Shown one piece after another: positions 39,943 to 50,325 of a stretch of 64,000 nucleotides of DNA (within the stretch, counting starts at the first letter, position 1; each line of letters opens with the position of its first letter). The position numbers were made by a program, and so were the translations under genes. Under the pieces are notes generated by a model, which ran no database searches, was not told where the DNA came from, and saw only the letters and a list, made by a program, of their open reading frames with translations. The DNA is taken from sequence record OR836606.1; one strand, written 5' to 3'.

Positions 39943-42900
39943 TTATTTACTTTCTTCAATAATTTCTTTAACTAAATTATTTATTTCTTGAGGTTTTAAA
40001 TCATTGATATCATCTACATTTTCATATTTTTCCATTAAGAATTCTAATTGATCTTCATTTAAATCCATAATACCTAGTAATTCATCTTCTTCAGGTTCAT
40101 CAAATGTCATACTAACATTTAATGGGCTGAAGTAAGCATTAAGTACTTTAGTATTATTATTTTGAGTTCTTTTTTGTATATCTTTTGTATTGATCTTAAA
40201 TGGATTACCTGTATATAATTCAACTAATAAACGTTTACGCATATCTGGATTATTTGAGTACATATTCGTTAATTGATTGATTGCTTTGATAGAGCCACCG
40301 ATCATCATATTAGTTGTTTCCATTTCACCGATGCGGAGCGGATTGTTGTTAATTCTTGACAAATATTTCTTGGACATGTGTATTAGCTTCATGCATTTTG
40401 CATAAAGATTAGACTATATCATTACCATTTAAGGTAGAATATATTTAGTCGTTGAACAAGCCTTACCGACTTGATGCTGATTTAATTAATAAATTATTCC
40501 AGCAATTAATATTACTTTTTTATATTATTCTTTCGAATAATACCGGACACAAGAAATTTATCCGGAGTTCTAGTAGGTCGTTTATCTTATATTAATTTTA
40601 ATACAAGACAGACTATATCATACTCATTATTATGAGTGAATATATTTAGTCGTTGAACAATTTTCATTGATGCTGATTATTCTTAATAGAACTTTCCAGC
40701 AATTAATATTCTTTTACTGAGACATCTACATATCCCACTGTAATTGTTAAAGTCTAATGATTTTGCACTGATTTTCTTTACGTTAATCTATATAATTTAT
40801 TATATAGAACAGACTATATCTTATACTTTTGAAGCATTAATATATTTAGTCGTTGAACAGTATTTAACTGATGCTAATCAATTTTATTAAATCGTCCTAG
40901 CAATTAATATTATAATTATAAATTATATTTCTATAATAAACGGCAAATTTTTACCTGATGGCGTTATTCATATAATACATTTATTATATGACAGACTATA
41001 TCATAATCTATTAATATAATAGATAATCTTTATTTAGTCGTTGAACACTTAATTGTGATGCTGATTATTCTGATAAGAATTTTCCAGCAATTAAAAGATT
41101 TTCGAATGAATCTTTGCAGATACATAGGAGACATCTAATTTGATTCTCATGTTTTAATTTAAGGTGATACAAATCTCCAACCATAAATGTTCTATTACTT
41201 ACGTCTAATCTATTTTTCTTAATATTATATTTATTAAATACGTATCTTAATTGTTCTGAATCAATATTACCAAAAAATGGTGCTTGGTGTAGCACAATAC
41301 CTTCTTTAATAATTTCATCAATAGCTTCTTTAGTTTCAGATAAATCTAATTGATTAAATAATTTAACATAATTGTCATATGAAATTTTATCTACATCTTT
41401 AATATATCCTAATAGATATTCTTTCTGTTGATTAATATCATCTAATTTACTTATACGATGTCTTATTACATTTGACACATGATTTAACTCTAATTCAATT
41501 AAAGCTGATGGATTACCACGGTTAATGATACCCATATTATTATGAATTAAATCTACTCGTTTACTAATTGGTGTTTTAGTAGAATCTTTAGTGAAATCTT
41601 CTCCATCGAACTCTGTGATCATTGGCATTTGATCATCAGGTACAATTTCAGCCACAACGCCTTTGCCGCCATCGAGTCTTCAGCAAAGATCGCTAATCTT
41701 TGCCCGTTCTCTTATGAACTGCTCTAGATTTTCTCTAGAAGACGAGACTATATCTTCACCCTAAAATTTAGGAGAACTATGTTTCCATTTAATAGAATTA
41801 CATTAAGCTAATATCACTTAAAAACTAACCGCTTGGCTGTACTCTACTCATATAGTAATTTTCTTCATTATAATATATACCATTTTGTATATACATTATA
41901 TTTTCACCATACTTATCGATAGTCGTTGAACTAATTAAATTATTGTCTAATATTTCATTCATTAATTTTCTTAATGTATCTAAATATATAGTTCCTTTTA
42001 TTCTTATCATATTATAATTTTTATTTTTTATAATTAAATTTTTAGTATCATCTATTAATACACATCTATTATAATGATCCCAACCTTTTTTAACTTTACT
42101 GTTTTTCCCACCCCAAGGTCGAAAATGTTGATTTCCATCAACTTCAATTATTAAATTTAATTCAGGGATATAAAAATCATATTTATAATACTTAGATTTA
42201 GATACATTTAGATTATTGTTTATTTTAAAATCATATTCATATTTTAGATTATTTGTTTTTAATATTTTAATAATTTCTCTTTCTGCTTTAGAAAAACTTC
42301 TTTCTTTATAACAAAAAGGACATCTTATTCCACCATTAACAAAATTTTTCCTCGTTGTTGTACTATATACTTTTCCACATTTTTTATGTTTTAAAGTTAT
42401 AGGAATTGTCTCTTTTACATATTCACCAAACATCTCATATTCACCATTAGAAACTTTTTCAATATCTTTTTTACAAGATTCCGTTGTCACTTCATAACCT
42501 GAGCATCGTTTACATATTGTTTTTACTCCATCTTTTCTTTTTCTTTTTAAAAGAGTTGTAGGAGATATATTTACAATATGTCCACATTTATGTTTAAATT
42601 TCATAGACTTACTGAATCCTTTATAATCTTCTTTATTAAATGTATATTCTCCTGGTAAAAATTTATTTAGTTTGTATTCAAGATTTTCTGGTGTTTGATT
42701 TTTAGTATAGAAACAATTGGGACAATAACCATGTTCATTATCTCTTTTAAATGTATGAGGTTTGGTTTTAAATTCTAAACCACAATCTAAATGTTTAATT
42801 AATGTAGATGTATCTCCGTTAATGTATTCTCCAAGAAGTACATAATTTTTATTATTTAAAATATTTTCAAAAATTCTTTTATTTTCTTCTCTTTTCATTT

Positions 42901-44221
42901 TAATCATTCCTTTCAAAAAGAAATGAATATTAGACAATTTTAATTAGCTGCTGATTAACCATTGCAAAAATACTTAGGTTTTTCAACCATATATTATCTC
43001 ATTTATTATCTTCAACTTTTCAGTAACCATAGAGGTTAAATGAGCTTTAGGCAGTCCCAGCAATTAATAGTTTTTTAATAGCATGTTACCATACTATGAG
43101 ACCTAGTTTGATCTCGTTGTGATTTTCGATCCATGAACTAAAGGTTTCTTTTCTAAAACTTTAACTCTGAAAATAATCTTATCAAATTGATTGTTATCGT
43201 AAACTAATTTAGCGTTATCATCAATATATCCTTTGAATTTATTATGGATTCTAATTAAGTCATTACTAAATTTCTTTTTACGTACAATATCATCTGTAAC
43301 AGTTACAAATGTTTTATAGAAGTGTCTCAATTCTTTAATATATTTAACAAATTGCTCTGAATATTTTTGATTTTCTAATTTTTCAATATCTTCATTATTA
43401 AGAACATCAATATCAATAACTTTACCGTGAACTTTATAAGCATTATCGTCTTCTAATGTTTTAGTAAGCATTTCATTTTTGAATTTATGAATAATCTCAT
43501 CATAATTCAATCTACGAGTTGCACACAATATTCCATTTTGAACTTCTTCTCCTACATCTGGAAATGATTTATATTCTTCTTCATTACCATATAAATTTAA
43601 TGGAATATCGTTTGTATTAATAGTAATATTGATTACATTCACAAAATAACTTGACATTTTCTCTGCCAATGATTCTGATACTACAATTCCGTCTTCATTC
43701 GTCATACCTTTGAACGGTAAGAATACGGAAGTTGCATTAGCTCCATATTGAAAGTTATTATCTTCATCATAGTTCTGGTCTTTAAATAATACAGTTTCTT
43801 TACTAACCGTATCTCCAACTTTCAATTTATCAATTTCTTCATTATTATATTTATTTCCAAACTTCTCTGCTAAATGGTTAGCTTCTTCTCTAATAATTAC
43901 ATCATATTCATCATTATCTTTGTACTTAATTAAATAATATTTAACATACTTATTTTTTTCAAACTTATAAATAACTTCAAAATCTCTATCAGCTTTCTTA
44001 TATCCAGTTGAATATTTACCCACTTGATTTTCAAAACCAGTCTGAATTAAAGGCGGTTCAGCACCAGTTAATTGAATACATTGACCGATATGAGACGTGA
44101 ACATTTGAGATCTGTTACCATTAGTTCTATTAACATTAGGCATTAATAGAGGTTCTGATAAAAACTCATGACTTCGATTAGCTTCAATTTCTACCATTCT
44201 TTGTGTCTTCTCTTTTGTCAT
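39943..44221 (-). CDS. RNA polymerase beta-like subunit, C-terminal part (probably non-virion RNAP), six exons: 44221..43111, 41672..41143, 40961..40953, 40775..40732, 40578..40560, 40374..39943
   Basis: Spliced product reads KITTR-Y-GGKGVV...YHLKLKHEN-PSG-KISAKSLDFNNYSGI-PTRTPD-SKKYLSRINNNPLRIGEME, colinear with RpoB GDKLAGRHGNKGV...YMLKLNH...ARSTG...GQRFGEME. Confidence 0.88.
40375..40559 (-). ncRNA. Minimal group I intron D (185 nt)
   Basis: P/Q/R/S core; P1 CCGGAU/GUCCGG; P10 CAAGAAA/UUUCUUG; terminal G. Confidence 0.88.
40579..40731 (-). ncRNA. Minimal group I intron C (153 nt)
   Basis: Core motifs; P1 GGGAU/GUCUC; P10 CUAC/GUAG; terminal G. Confidence 0.88.
40776..40952 (-). ncRNA. 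Minimal group I intron B (177 nt)
   Basis: Core motifs (P variant TTAATTGCTAGG); P1 GGU/GCC; terminal G; frame restored. Confidence 0.82.
40962..41142 (-). ncRNA. Minimal group I intron A (181 nt)
   Basis: Core motifs; P1 GAG(A)AU/GUCUC needs one bulged A, so the 5' splice site is slightly uncertain. Confidence 0.8.
41673..43110 (-). mobile_element. Group I intron (1438 nt) carrying an endonuclease ORF
   Basis: P1 GAGAU/GUCUC; ATTAATTGCTGGG, GTTCAACGACTA, GATATAGTCT; removal gives R-Y-GGKG. Confidence 0.88.
41825..42937 (-). CDS. Intron-encoded putative homing endonuclease (Zn-ribbon repeats + DUF559/PD-(D/E)xK-like domain)
   Basis: Repeated KH..CG...C..C units; YDFYIPELNLIIEVDGNQH nuclease motif; 3' end overlaps the intron core. 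Confidence 0.75.
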   Translation of the reverse strand: MSNIHFFLKGMIKMKREENKRIFENILNNKNYVLLGEYINGDTSTLIKHLDCGLEFKTKPHTFKRDNEHGYCPNCFYTKNQTPENLEYKLNKFLPGEYTFNKEDYKGFSKSMKFKHKCGHIVNISPTTLLKRKRKDGVKTICKRCSGYEVTTESCKKDIEKVSNGEYEMFGEYVKETIPITLKHKKCGKVYSTTTRKNFVNGGIRCPFCYKERSFSKAEREIIKILKTNNLKYEYDFKINNNLNVSKSKYYKYDFYIPELNLIIEVDGNQHFRPWGGKNSKVKKGWDHYNRCVLIDDTKNLIIKNKNYNMIRIKGTIYLDTLRKLMNEILDNNLISSTTIDKYGENIMYIQNGIYYNEENYYMSRVQPSG

Positions 44222-44291
44222 ATCTTAATACACACTCCTATAATAATGAATATATTTGTGGAATAATATGCTCTTACTATTCCACATTTTT

Positions 44292-44299
44292 ATAATATA
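44292..44299 (-). promoter_or_regulatory. Early-type promoter motif upstream of RNAP beta-C gene
   Basis: TATATTAT on minus strand followed by GTGGAATA...TATTCCAC-type hairpin. Confidence 0.55.
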
Positions 44300-44375
44300 T
44301 ATCTTAACCAAAATTTGAATTAAGGGATTCCAATGAAGTATATTATCTTCATTGGAAATATCCCTCTTTTAAAAA

Positions 44376-45677
44376 TTAATCTTTATCTACTTCTATAGCA
44401 TTCTTATCAGAATCATAATAATTGCCATCTGAACCTAGCCAAATATCTTCTTCTTTATTAACTAGTTCAACTAATTCTAATTCTTCATTATCTAAACTAG
44501 ATTCATGTTCAATATTAGCTAAGAATTTTTCTTTATAGATACCTTTAATATAATTATCAAAGTATTCTTTAAAATCTTTATTTTCATTATATTTGTCTAA
44601 GAAAGTTTTAAGAGTGAAACTAACATCTTCATAGCCATCAATACGATAAGCTCTTGGGTTACCTTTAAGCATTTTTTCACTTTGTAAAAATAATAGATTT
44701 GATAAAGCATTATTAAAACCATTCTTTTGTTCAAAGATTAAATCAAATTTAGCACCAGCTGCATTTGAACGTGATTTAATAACTTCAACTGTATTGATAA
44801 AACCTTTAACTCCGTATTTAGCTTGATTAGAATTACCTTCTGGATCTAAAGCTTGTGATGGACTAATCTTAAACATATTATTTGCCATATAGTTGATTGC
44901 TTTACCACCTGGTAATGCTTCACCTTGTTTAAGATAATTTAATTCTTTAGGTGTAGCTGCATAAGGATTAATATCAATTTTAGTTGTAATGTGATTAATT
45001 AGAATAAGCATAATATTAGCTGAATTCAATGTAGATGAACCGATAATACGTTTAATGAATGTTGTATTATCTTTAGCTTGTTTGGTCGCATTCATTTGAC
45101 CACCCTCACCATCTTTATCATCAATCTCTTTAGAAGCCATTGTGGCAACAGAGTCAATAATAACTACTGTTGGAGCCATGAATGAAACTTTCTCTCCAGT
45201 TTCCGGATCAATTTTATCTGTATGGATAGTGAATTCTTCTTCATTTTCCAGTTTAGTATCACGTATACCACGAATTAACTGATCCACTGAATCTAAACTA
45301 ATCTTTTTATTTAATTTAATGTATTTTTCTTGTTTCATTTCCTTAGACCAACCTGTTACTTGATAAATACGTTCATCAGTAGTCGCATCTTCAAAGTCAT
45401 AATGAATAACACTTGAATTTTCATATTTTTCAACAATTCTTGCTGCCGCTTGAATGGCAAGCGTTGTTTTACCTGAACCTGATCCACCAATAAAGGTAGT
45501 TACTTTACCGCCCATTAATCCAATACGTTCATCGTCTGTAACAGTGTTCAAGAAACCATTTCTATAATCTAATAAATTAATCCCTGATTCATACATAGGC
45601 GTATAATTATCTTCTTTCCCATATACTGATGGATTTGATTTAATCAAATCATTAATTTTGCTCGTTAATTTTGACAT
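44376..45677 (-). CDS. RecA/UvsX-like recombinase
   Basis: GGSGSGKTT Walker A, VVIIDSVA Walker B, LPGGKAINYMA. Confidence 0.85.
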   Translation of the reverse strand: MSKLTSKINDLIKSNPSVYGKEDNYTPMYESGINLLDYRNGFLNTVTDDERIGLMGGKVTTFIGGSGSGKTTLAIQAAARIVEKYENSSVIHYDFEDATTDERIYQVTGWSKEMKQEKYIKLNKKISLDSVDQLIRGIRDTKLENEEEFTIHTDKIDPETGEKVSFMAPTVVIIDSVATMASKEIDDKDGEGGQMNATKQAKDNTTFIKRIIGSSTLNSANIMLILINHITTKIDINPYAATPKELNYLKQGEALPGGKAINYMANNMFKISPSQALDPEGNSNQAKYGVKGFINTVEVIKSRSNAAGAKFDLIFEQKNGFNNALSNLLFLQSEKMLKGNPRAYRIDGYEDVSFTLKTFLDKYNENKDFKEYFDNYIKGIYKEKFLANIEHESSLDNEELELVELVNKEEDIWLGSDGNYYDSDKNAIEVDKD

Positions 45678-45873
45678 TTAACATTCACACTCCAAAAAAT
45701 ATTTAATACTATAACGTTATTTATTATACCAAATTTTTTATAAAAAAGCTAGAAATTTTCCTTAGAAATTAAAAGTTTTTTCTAAGTACATAAAGTCAAT
45801 ATTCACTTATAAAATAAAGAAATTAAATTTAAATAAAAAGATGCAGTAAGTGATATCATTAATATAGTCATAA

Positions 45874-46197
45874 TCATCTTCTCCGATCTTTAATCAATTT
45901 AAAATTATTATCTCTACTTTCATGTACAATATTTCCATTCCAATCAACTTTATCAATTTCATATCCATAATCTTTAAATCTCTTATCATTTTTAAATCTT
46001 TTAATTTGATAATTTAAATAACTTTTAGAATCAGCTTTAATGTAAATCAATTTAGCATTTTTGTTTGCCATAGTATATCTAGGTAGATTTTCTGTTGTAT
46101 TGATATTTTTATCTTTATTTTCTTTATTTAATTTACGAATATAAAATGGTAGCACTGTTAGTAGTGCTACCATTAATGTTATAGTTATTAAAAACAT
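45874..46197 (-). CDS. Small membrane-anchored protein
   Basis: N-terminal TM; GGAGG RBS. Confidence 0.6.
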   Translation of the reverse strand: MFLITITLMVALLTVLPFYIRKLNKENKDKNINTTENLPRYTMANKNAKLIYIKADSKSYLNYQIKRFKNDKRFKDYGYEIDKVDWNGNIVHESRDNNFKLIKDRRR

Positions 46198-46276
46198 TTA
46201 AATTTCCTCCATATTAATAATAAATTTTACTCTGTTCTTTATCAATTTTCTTATTTAAAAGTACTTTAAATATTTA

Positions 46277-46666
46277 TTAAATTTTCAAATCATATAATTT
46301 TTCTATTATATTTTTATTATTTCTTAATAATTCTTTTTCTTCATTACTTAATTCAAGATAATTATCCTTAAAAATTTCTTTAATATTATCAATACAAATA
46401 TCAATATTTTTGTTAATTTTTATTTTCTTTAAATTAGTTGAATATAAATAAATACCTCTATCAATATTTACAACTCTTTCATTTTCTTTAAGAAGATCTC
46501 TCATTGCTGAACTAATTATAGTATGCTTAAATTCTAATCCATATTTTTCTTTAATTTTATATTTTATTAAAATTAAAGGAATTTCTTTATTTTTATTGTC
46601 TTTTAATATTTCTAATGCCAAATCTTTAAATTCGTTAGTTGGAAATTTTTTATCTATATTTAACAT
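46277..46666 (-). CDS. Putative winged-HTH protein
   Basis: ISSAMRDLLK...RGIYLY wHTH-like pattern. Confidence 0.45.
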   Translation of the reverse strand: MLNIDKKFPTNEFKDLALEILKDNKNKEIPLILIKYKIKEKYGLEFKHTIISSAMRDLLKENERVVNIDRGIYLYSTNLKKIKINKNIDICIDNIKEIFKDNYLELSNEEKELLRNNKNIIEKLYDLKI

Positions 46667-46884
46667 GAATGATCATTCCTTTTATTATTTTATTCTTCTA
46701 AATCAGCTACTCTTTCTTCTAATTATTCATACTCAATATCAGAAACATCTCTTTTTACATGTTCCCAATAATATTACAGTACTTAACAATAATCTTTTCA
46801 TTTTAAACCCCCCTTATAATAAGAGTAATGACATATAATTTGTCATTGCCTCATCTTTATTTAACTTATATATTTTTTAACCTT

Positions 46885-47274
46885 TTATAGATTATAAAAT
46901 GCTAGTAAAACATCTATCGTTGCTAAAAATAAACTTAACATGTAAATTACATTGTAAAATTTATTACTCTTACTAAAATACTGATTATCTCTCATCAATT
47001 TAAATAGAAAGAATACAAATGTTCCTCCAAATATAATTATCGATAATAATGATACTTGAGCCGATATAATATTTTTAGATAATAATATTAATGATGATAG
47101 AAATAGAATAAAATTAATAGCCATTAAGAATTTCATTCTATTTCTTATTTCTTTTTCAATTGGAATCCAAAAACTATTTTTAAATTTACCCATTCTTCCT
47201 AAGTTACTAAAAATAAAAACTAATACTAATAGTAAATCTACCATTAATATAATTAAAACCATTAAACTTTCCAT
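46885..47274 (-). CDS. Four-TM membrane protein
   Basis: Hydrophobic segments. Confidence 0.6.
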   Translation of the reverse strand: MESLMVLIILMVDLLLVLVFIFSNLGRMGKFKNSFWIPIEKEIRNRMKFLMAINFILFLSSLILLSKNIISAQVSLLSIIIFGGTFVFFLFKLMRDNQYFSKSNKFYNVIYMLSLFLATIDVLLAFYNL

Positions 47275-47293
47275 ATCTTCTTCACGCTCCTAA

Positions 47294-47971
47294 TTAAAAT
47301 ACTTCAAGATCATAATCTTTTATTAAAAAATTAGATTCAATGCTGTGGATTGAATAAGTTGTTGGTAAAAATTTTTCTTCAACATTACCTCTTAAAAACC
47401 ATATAGCTCGATAGAATATTGAAGAGAAGTATCTTATATTATCGTCATTACCTAGAATTTTATCTTTTTCAATCTTCATTTCTTTCACATCAAAATAAGC
47501 ATTTATTATATCATCTTTAGTGAATTCAGGAATAAACTTACAAATTGTTAAATATAATATAGCTGAAACTTCAACAGTGTATCTTTCTCTATTTTTGCTA
47601 GTTATTTTTTTATTTCTTATTTCATCTAATCTATCCATTAATTCTTGTTCGTAAGTTTTTGTATCCGTAATCTGTATATTTCCATGCTGTCTTCTATTTA
47701 TTGCTTCTTCATCCAATTCTTTATAATGACTATGACTTGCAGGAGCTATTGAACCAAGATTATATATGCCATTATAAACATCACTCAATCTTTCCTTCAT
47801 TGCACTCTTTTCATTAAAATTCAATTCATTATAAAGTTTATCAAATTTCTCTTTGACTTCATTAACATCCTTATTAACAAATCCTACGTGACCATAATGG
47901 TTAACATCCATAGATTGTTGACTGTAAATTTTATCTAGAACATCATCAAGTTTATCTAAATCTTTACTCAA
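47294..47971 (-). CDS. Hypothetical protein
   Basis: AAAGGAG RBS. Confidence 0.6.
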   Translation of the reverse strand: MSKDLDKLDDVLDKIYSQQSMDVNHYGHVGFVNKDVNEVKEKFDKLYNELNFNEKSAMKERLSDVYNGIYNLGSIAPASHSHYKELDEEAINRRQHGNIQITDTKTYEQELMDRLDEIRNKKITSKNRERYTVEVSAILYLTICKFIPEFTKDDIINAYFDVKEMKIEKDKILGNDDNIRYFSSIFYRAIWFLRGNVEEKFLPTTYSIHSIESNFLIKDYDLEVF

Positions 47972-47978
47972 AGAACTT

Positions 47979-49142
47979 TCACTCCTTTCTTCCTATTTCA
48001 GAATAATTTTTATATTCTTCAATATACTCCATTCTTTTTTCTTCCGCTAATTTATTACGAATACTTTTCATAAATTTCTTTTTATCTCTATAATTCATCA
48101 TATAATTAGTTTCTATTAAATTCGACCAATGATTCTTATCTATATTTCTTTCCACTTTATTTCCTTCAAGGTAAATAAAATCATCATTTTCCCTTTTAAC
48201 ATCATTGTTTAAATAATTTAATAATCCTTCAGTATTAAAAGGTACTTTTTCAACTCTTGTGTCTTCAAAATGTAATCCTATACGCTTATCTTCTATAGGT
48301 CCCGAATTGTAAGATTTAAAGTCAAATATTATTTTTTTATTTCTACCATATGAATTTGAATTTAATATTTGTAATTCTCCGTCATCTAATATATAGAAAT
48401 CTAATGGATGATATAAAAACCTTCTTCCGTCAAAATATTGTAAAGCATCCAACTCTTCACCAAGTTCCATATCTTTAATATAAACGTTTTCTTTTTCATC
48501 TATAATAGTTATATAATAATCACCATGTAAATTAATTAATCCAATTAATATTTTAGTTCCCAAAAATGAATATTTATAAAATACATTTAAATCATCTTTT
48601 GTATACTTGAAACCATCTCTCTCTAATCTTTTTAAATCCTCTATGTTAGTTTCAAGTAAATCTTTAAAATCTTCTATGATTCCATTCTCTTTGTTAATTT
48701 TAAATTTATCATCTTTTTTGTACACTAAAGAGAATGACAATAAATCTAAGGTTTTATCATAAGACTTTTCTCTAGTAAATAAATCCACAGCATATTTATC
48801 TTTAATATCATTTCTTTTATCTAAAACAGCTGAATAAACATCTGTAACAATCTCTTTATAGAATTCCATTTCAGGATGACTTAATAAATAATGTAAAGCA
48901 TAGTATCTCTCTTTACCATCAAAAGTATTTTCTAATTTATAAGAATCATTTAATTTTTCCATTATTTTAGTTTCATTGATTTCAATTAATTCTTCTGTAT
49001 CTTTAAGTTTTAATTCATTTTGTGAAACTCTTTTTTTCTTTGTAATTAACTTATTTCCATTATAAATCGCCATTGCAGAACCTCCTACAATGGCGATACC
49101 AGAAAATGAATAAAGTAAAATATCTAACATGTAATAATACAC
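47979..49142 (-). CDS. Membrane-anchored hypothetical protein downstream of telA
   Basis: N-terminal TM (SFSGIAIVGGSAMAI). Confidence 0.6.
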   Translation of the reverse strand: MYYYMLDILLYSFSGIAIVGGSAMAIYNGNKLITKKKRVSQNELKLKDTEELIEINETKIMEKLNDSYKLENTFDGKERYYALHYLLSHPEMEFYKEIVTDVYSAVLDKRNDIKDKYAVDLFTREKSYDKTLDLLSFSLVYKKDDKFKINKENGIIEDFKDLLETNIEDLKRLERDGFKYTKDDLNVFYKYSFLGTKILIGLINLHGDYYITIIDEKENVYIKDMELGEELDALQYFDGRRFLYHPLDFYILDDGELQILNSNSYGRNKKIIFDFKSYNSGPIEDKRIGLHFEDTRVEKVPFNTEGLLNYLNNDVKRENDDFIYLEGNKVERNIDKNHWSNLIETNYMMNYRDKKKFMKSIRNKLAEEKRMEYIEEYKNYSEIGRKE

Positions 49143-49146
49143 CTTC

Positions 49147-50247
49147 TTACATTTCTATTTTCTTATTTTCTAATTCTTTTTTATCTTCCTTAATTTCTTT
49201 AAGTTCTTCATAACCACGTAATCTTTCGTTATAAGCTTCTTCAGACATACGTTTTAAATCTTCTGTCATCTCAATCATATTATTTTGAGTTTGTTTAAGA
49301 ACATCAATGTCAATAAATGATTTATTAGATTCATTATACATTTGAACTGCATTATCTTTAAGGATATTGGAGTTACTTAATAAAATATCAGAAGTCGCTT
49401 CTCTAATAGCTTTGTTAGTTTTAATTGATTGTTGTTGCTGAATCAATACTACTGCTTTAGTTAATTGAGATTTCCAGATAGGGATACTATTTACTAAAGA
49501 ATTATTAATATTCTCTTTAAGACTATAATTAATATTCTTAATCATTTCTAATTCAAATACATTTTGCTCAGCTAAAGCTAATGAAGTACTTAAGTCATAA
49601 ATACGTTTATCAAGATTATCTAAACCTTGTTCTTTATCAGATACTAATTGAATTTGATTTTGTCTTTTATCATTTTCTTCAATATTTTCAACTTCATCAA
49701 TATCTTTTTGAATTTCATCTTTCAATTCTAGTTTTTTATATTTAGCGGCTTCAATATATTCACTCAAGCTCTCATAGTAATCTTTATTGGATTGAATTAA
49801 ATTATCTAAATTTTTATTTGCAGTATCAACTGAAGAACTGCTTTCTTTTAATTGTCTTTCAATGAAAGTCATATTATTTGAAGCTGAATCAACTTTAGAT
49901 AATTCTTTACCGATTAAATTTTCTTTACCTTTATTAAACATAGATTTAATTTTATCCATGAAACCTTTTTCTTCTTGTTTCATATTTTCATCAATCTTTT
50001 GTGGGTCATATGAGTTAAATACTTCTAACATATCATCTAGTACTTTATTAATCTTTTCATTAGAATCGTTCTCTTTAATATTCTTTAATACTTTATCTGA
50101 TTCTTTAGATAATTTATCTTGTACTTCATGTCCATACTCAATAATAGTTTTCTTATCAAGTATATTAATTTCATCAACCTTTTTAAAAACCTCCGGTGAA
50201 ATGTTCTCTCTGCTCATTAATTCATTTTTATTATTTTCCATATCCAA
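49147..50247 (-). CDS. telA: TelA-family toxic anion resistance protein
   Basis: IIEYG.EVQ..LS...,KRIYDLSTS,SIPIWKSQL,IDIDVLKQTQ match the TelA pattern. Confidence 0.8.
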   Translation of the reverse strand: MDMENNKNELMSRENISPEVFKKVDEINILDKKTIIEYGHEVQDKLSKESDKVLKNIKENDSNEKINKVLDDMLEVFNSYDPQKIDENMKQEEKGFMDKIKSMFNKGKENLIGKELSKVDSASNNMTFIERQLKESSSSVDTANKNLDNLIQSNKDYYESLSEYIEAAKYKKLELKDEIQKDIDEVENIEENDKRQNQIQLVSDKEQGLDNLDKRIYDLSTSLALAEQNVFELEMIKNINYSLKENINNSLVNSIPIWKSQLTKAVVLIQQQQSIKTNKAIREATSDILLSNSNILKDNAVQMYNESNKSFIDIDVLKQTQNNMIEMTEDLKRMSEEAYNERLRGYEELKEIKEDKKELENKKIEM

Positions 50248-50274
50248 TTCATCTCCTATTATTTAAATATATTA

Positions 50275-50319
50275 GAGGTAATGACATATAATATGCCATT
50301 ACCTCATTTTTATAATATA
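50275..50319 (-). promoter_or_regulatory. Early-type promoter + leader hairpin
   Basis: TATATATTATAAAAATGAGGTAATG...CATTACCTC on minus strand. Confidence 0.65.
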
Positions 50320-50325
50320 TATTTA

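Noticed and set aside
40375-41142. CRISPR-like repeat/spacer array (GTTCAACGACTAAATA recurring about every 200 nt)
   Set aside because: The repeats are the P/Q/R/S elements of group I introns, and removing them restores an RNAP reading frame; spacing and length do not fit CRISPR and no cas genes are present
41065-41142. C-terminal QIRCLLCICKDSF...FLSE of track ORF 41065..41655; likewise the ends of ORFs 27475, 43103, 51019, 55600
   Set aside because: Read-through into intron sequence, not real protein termini
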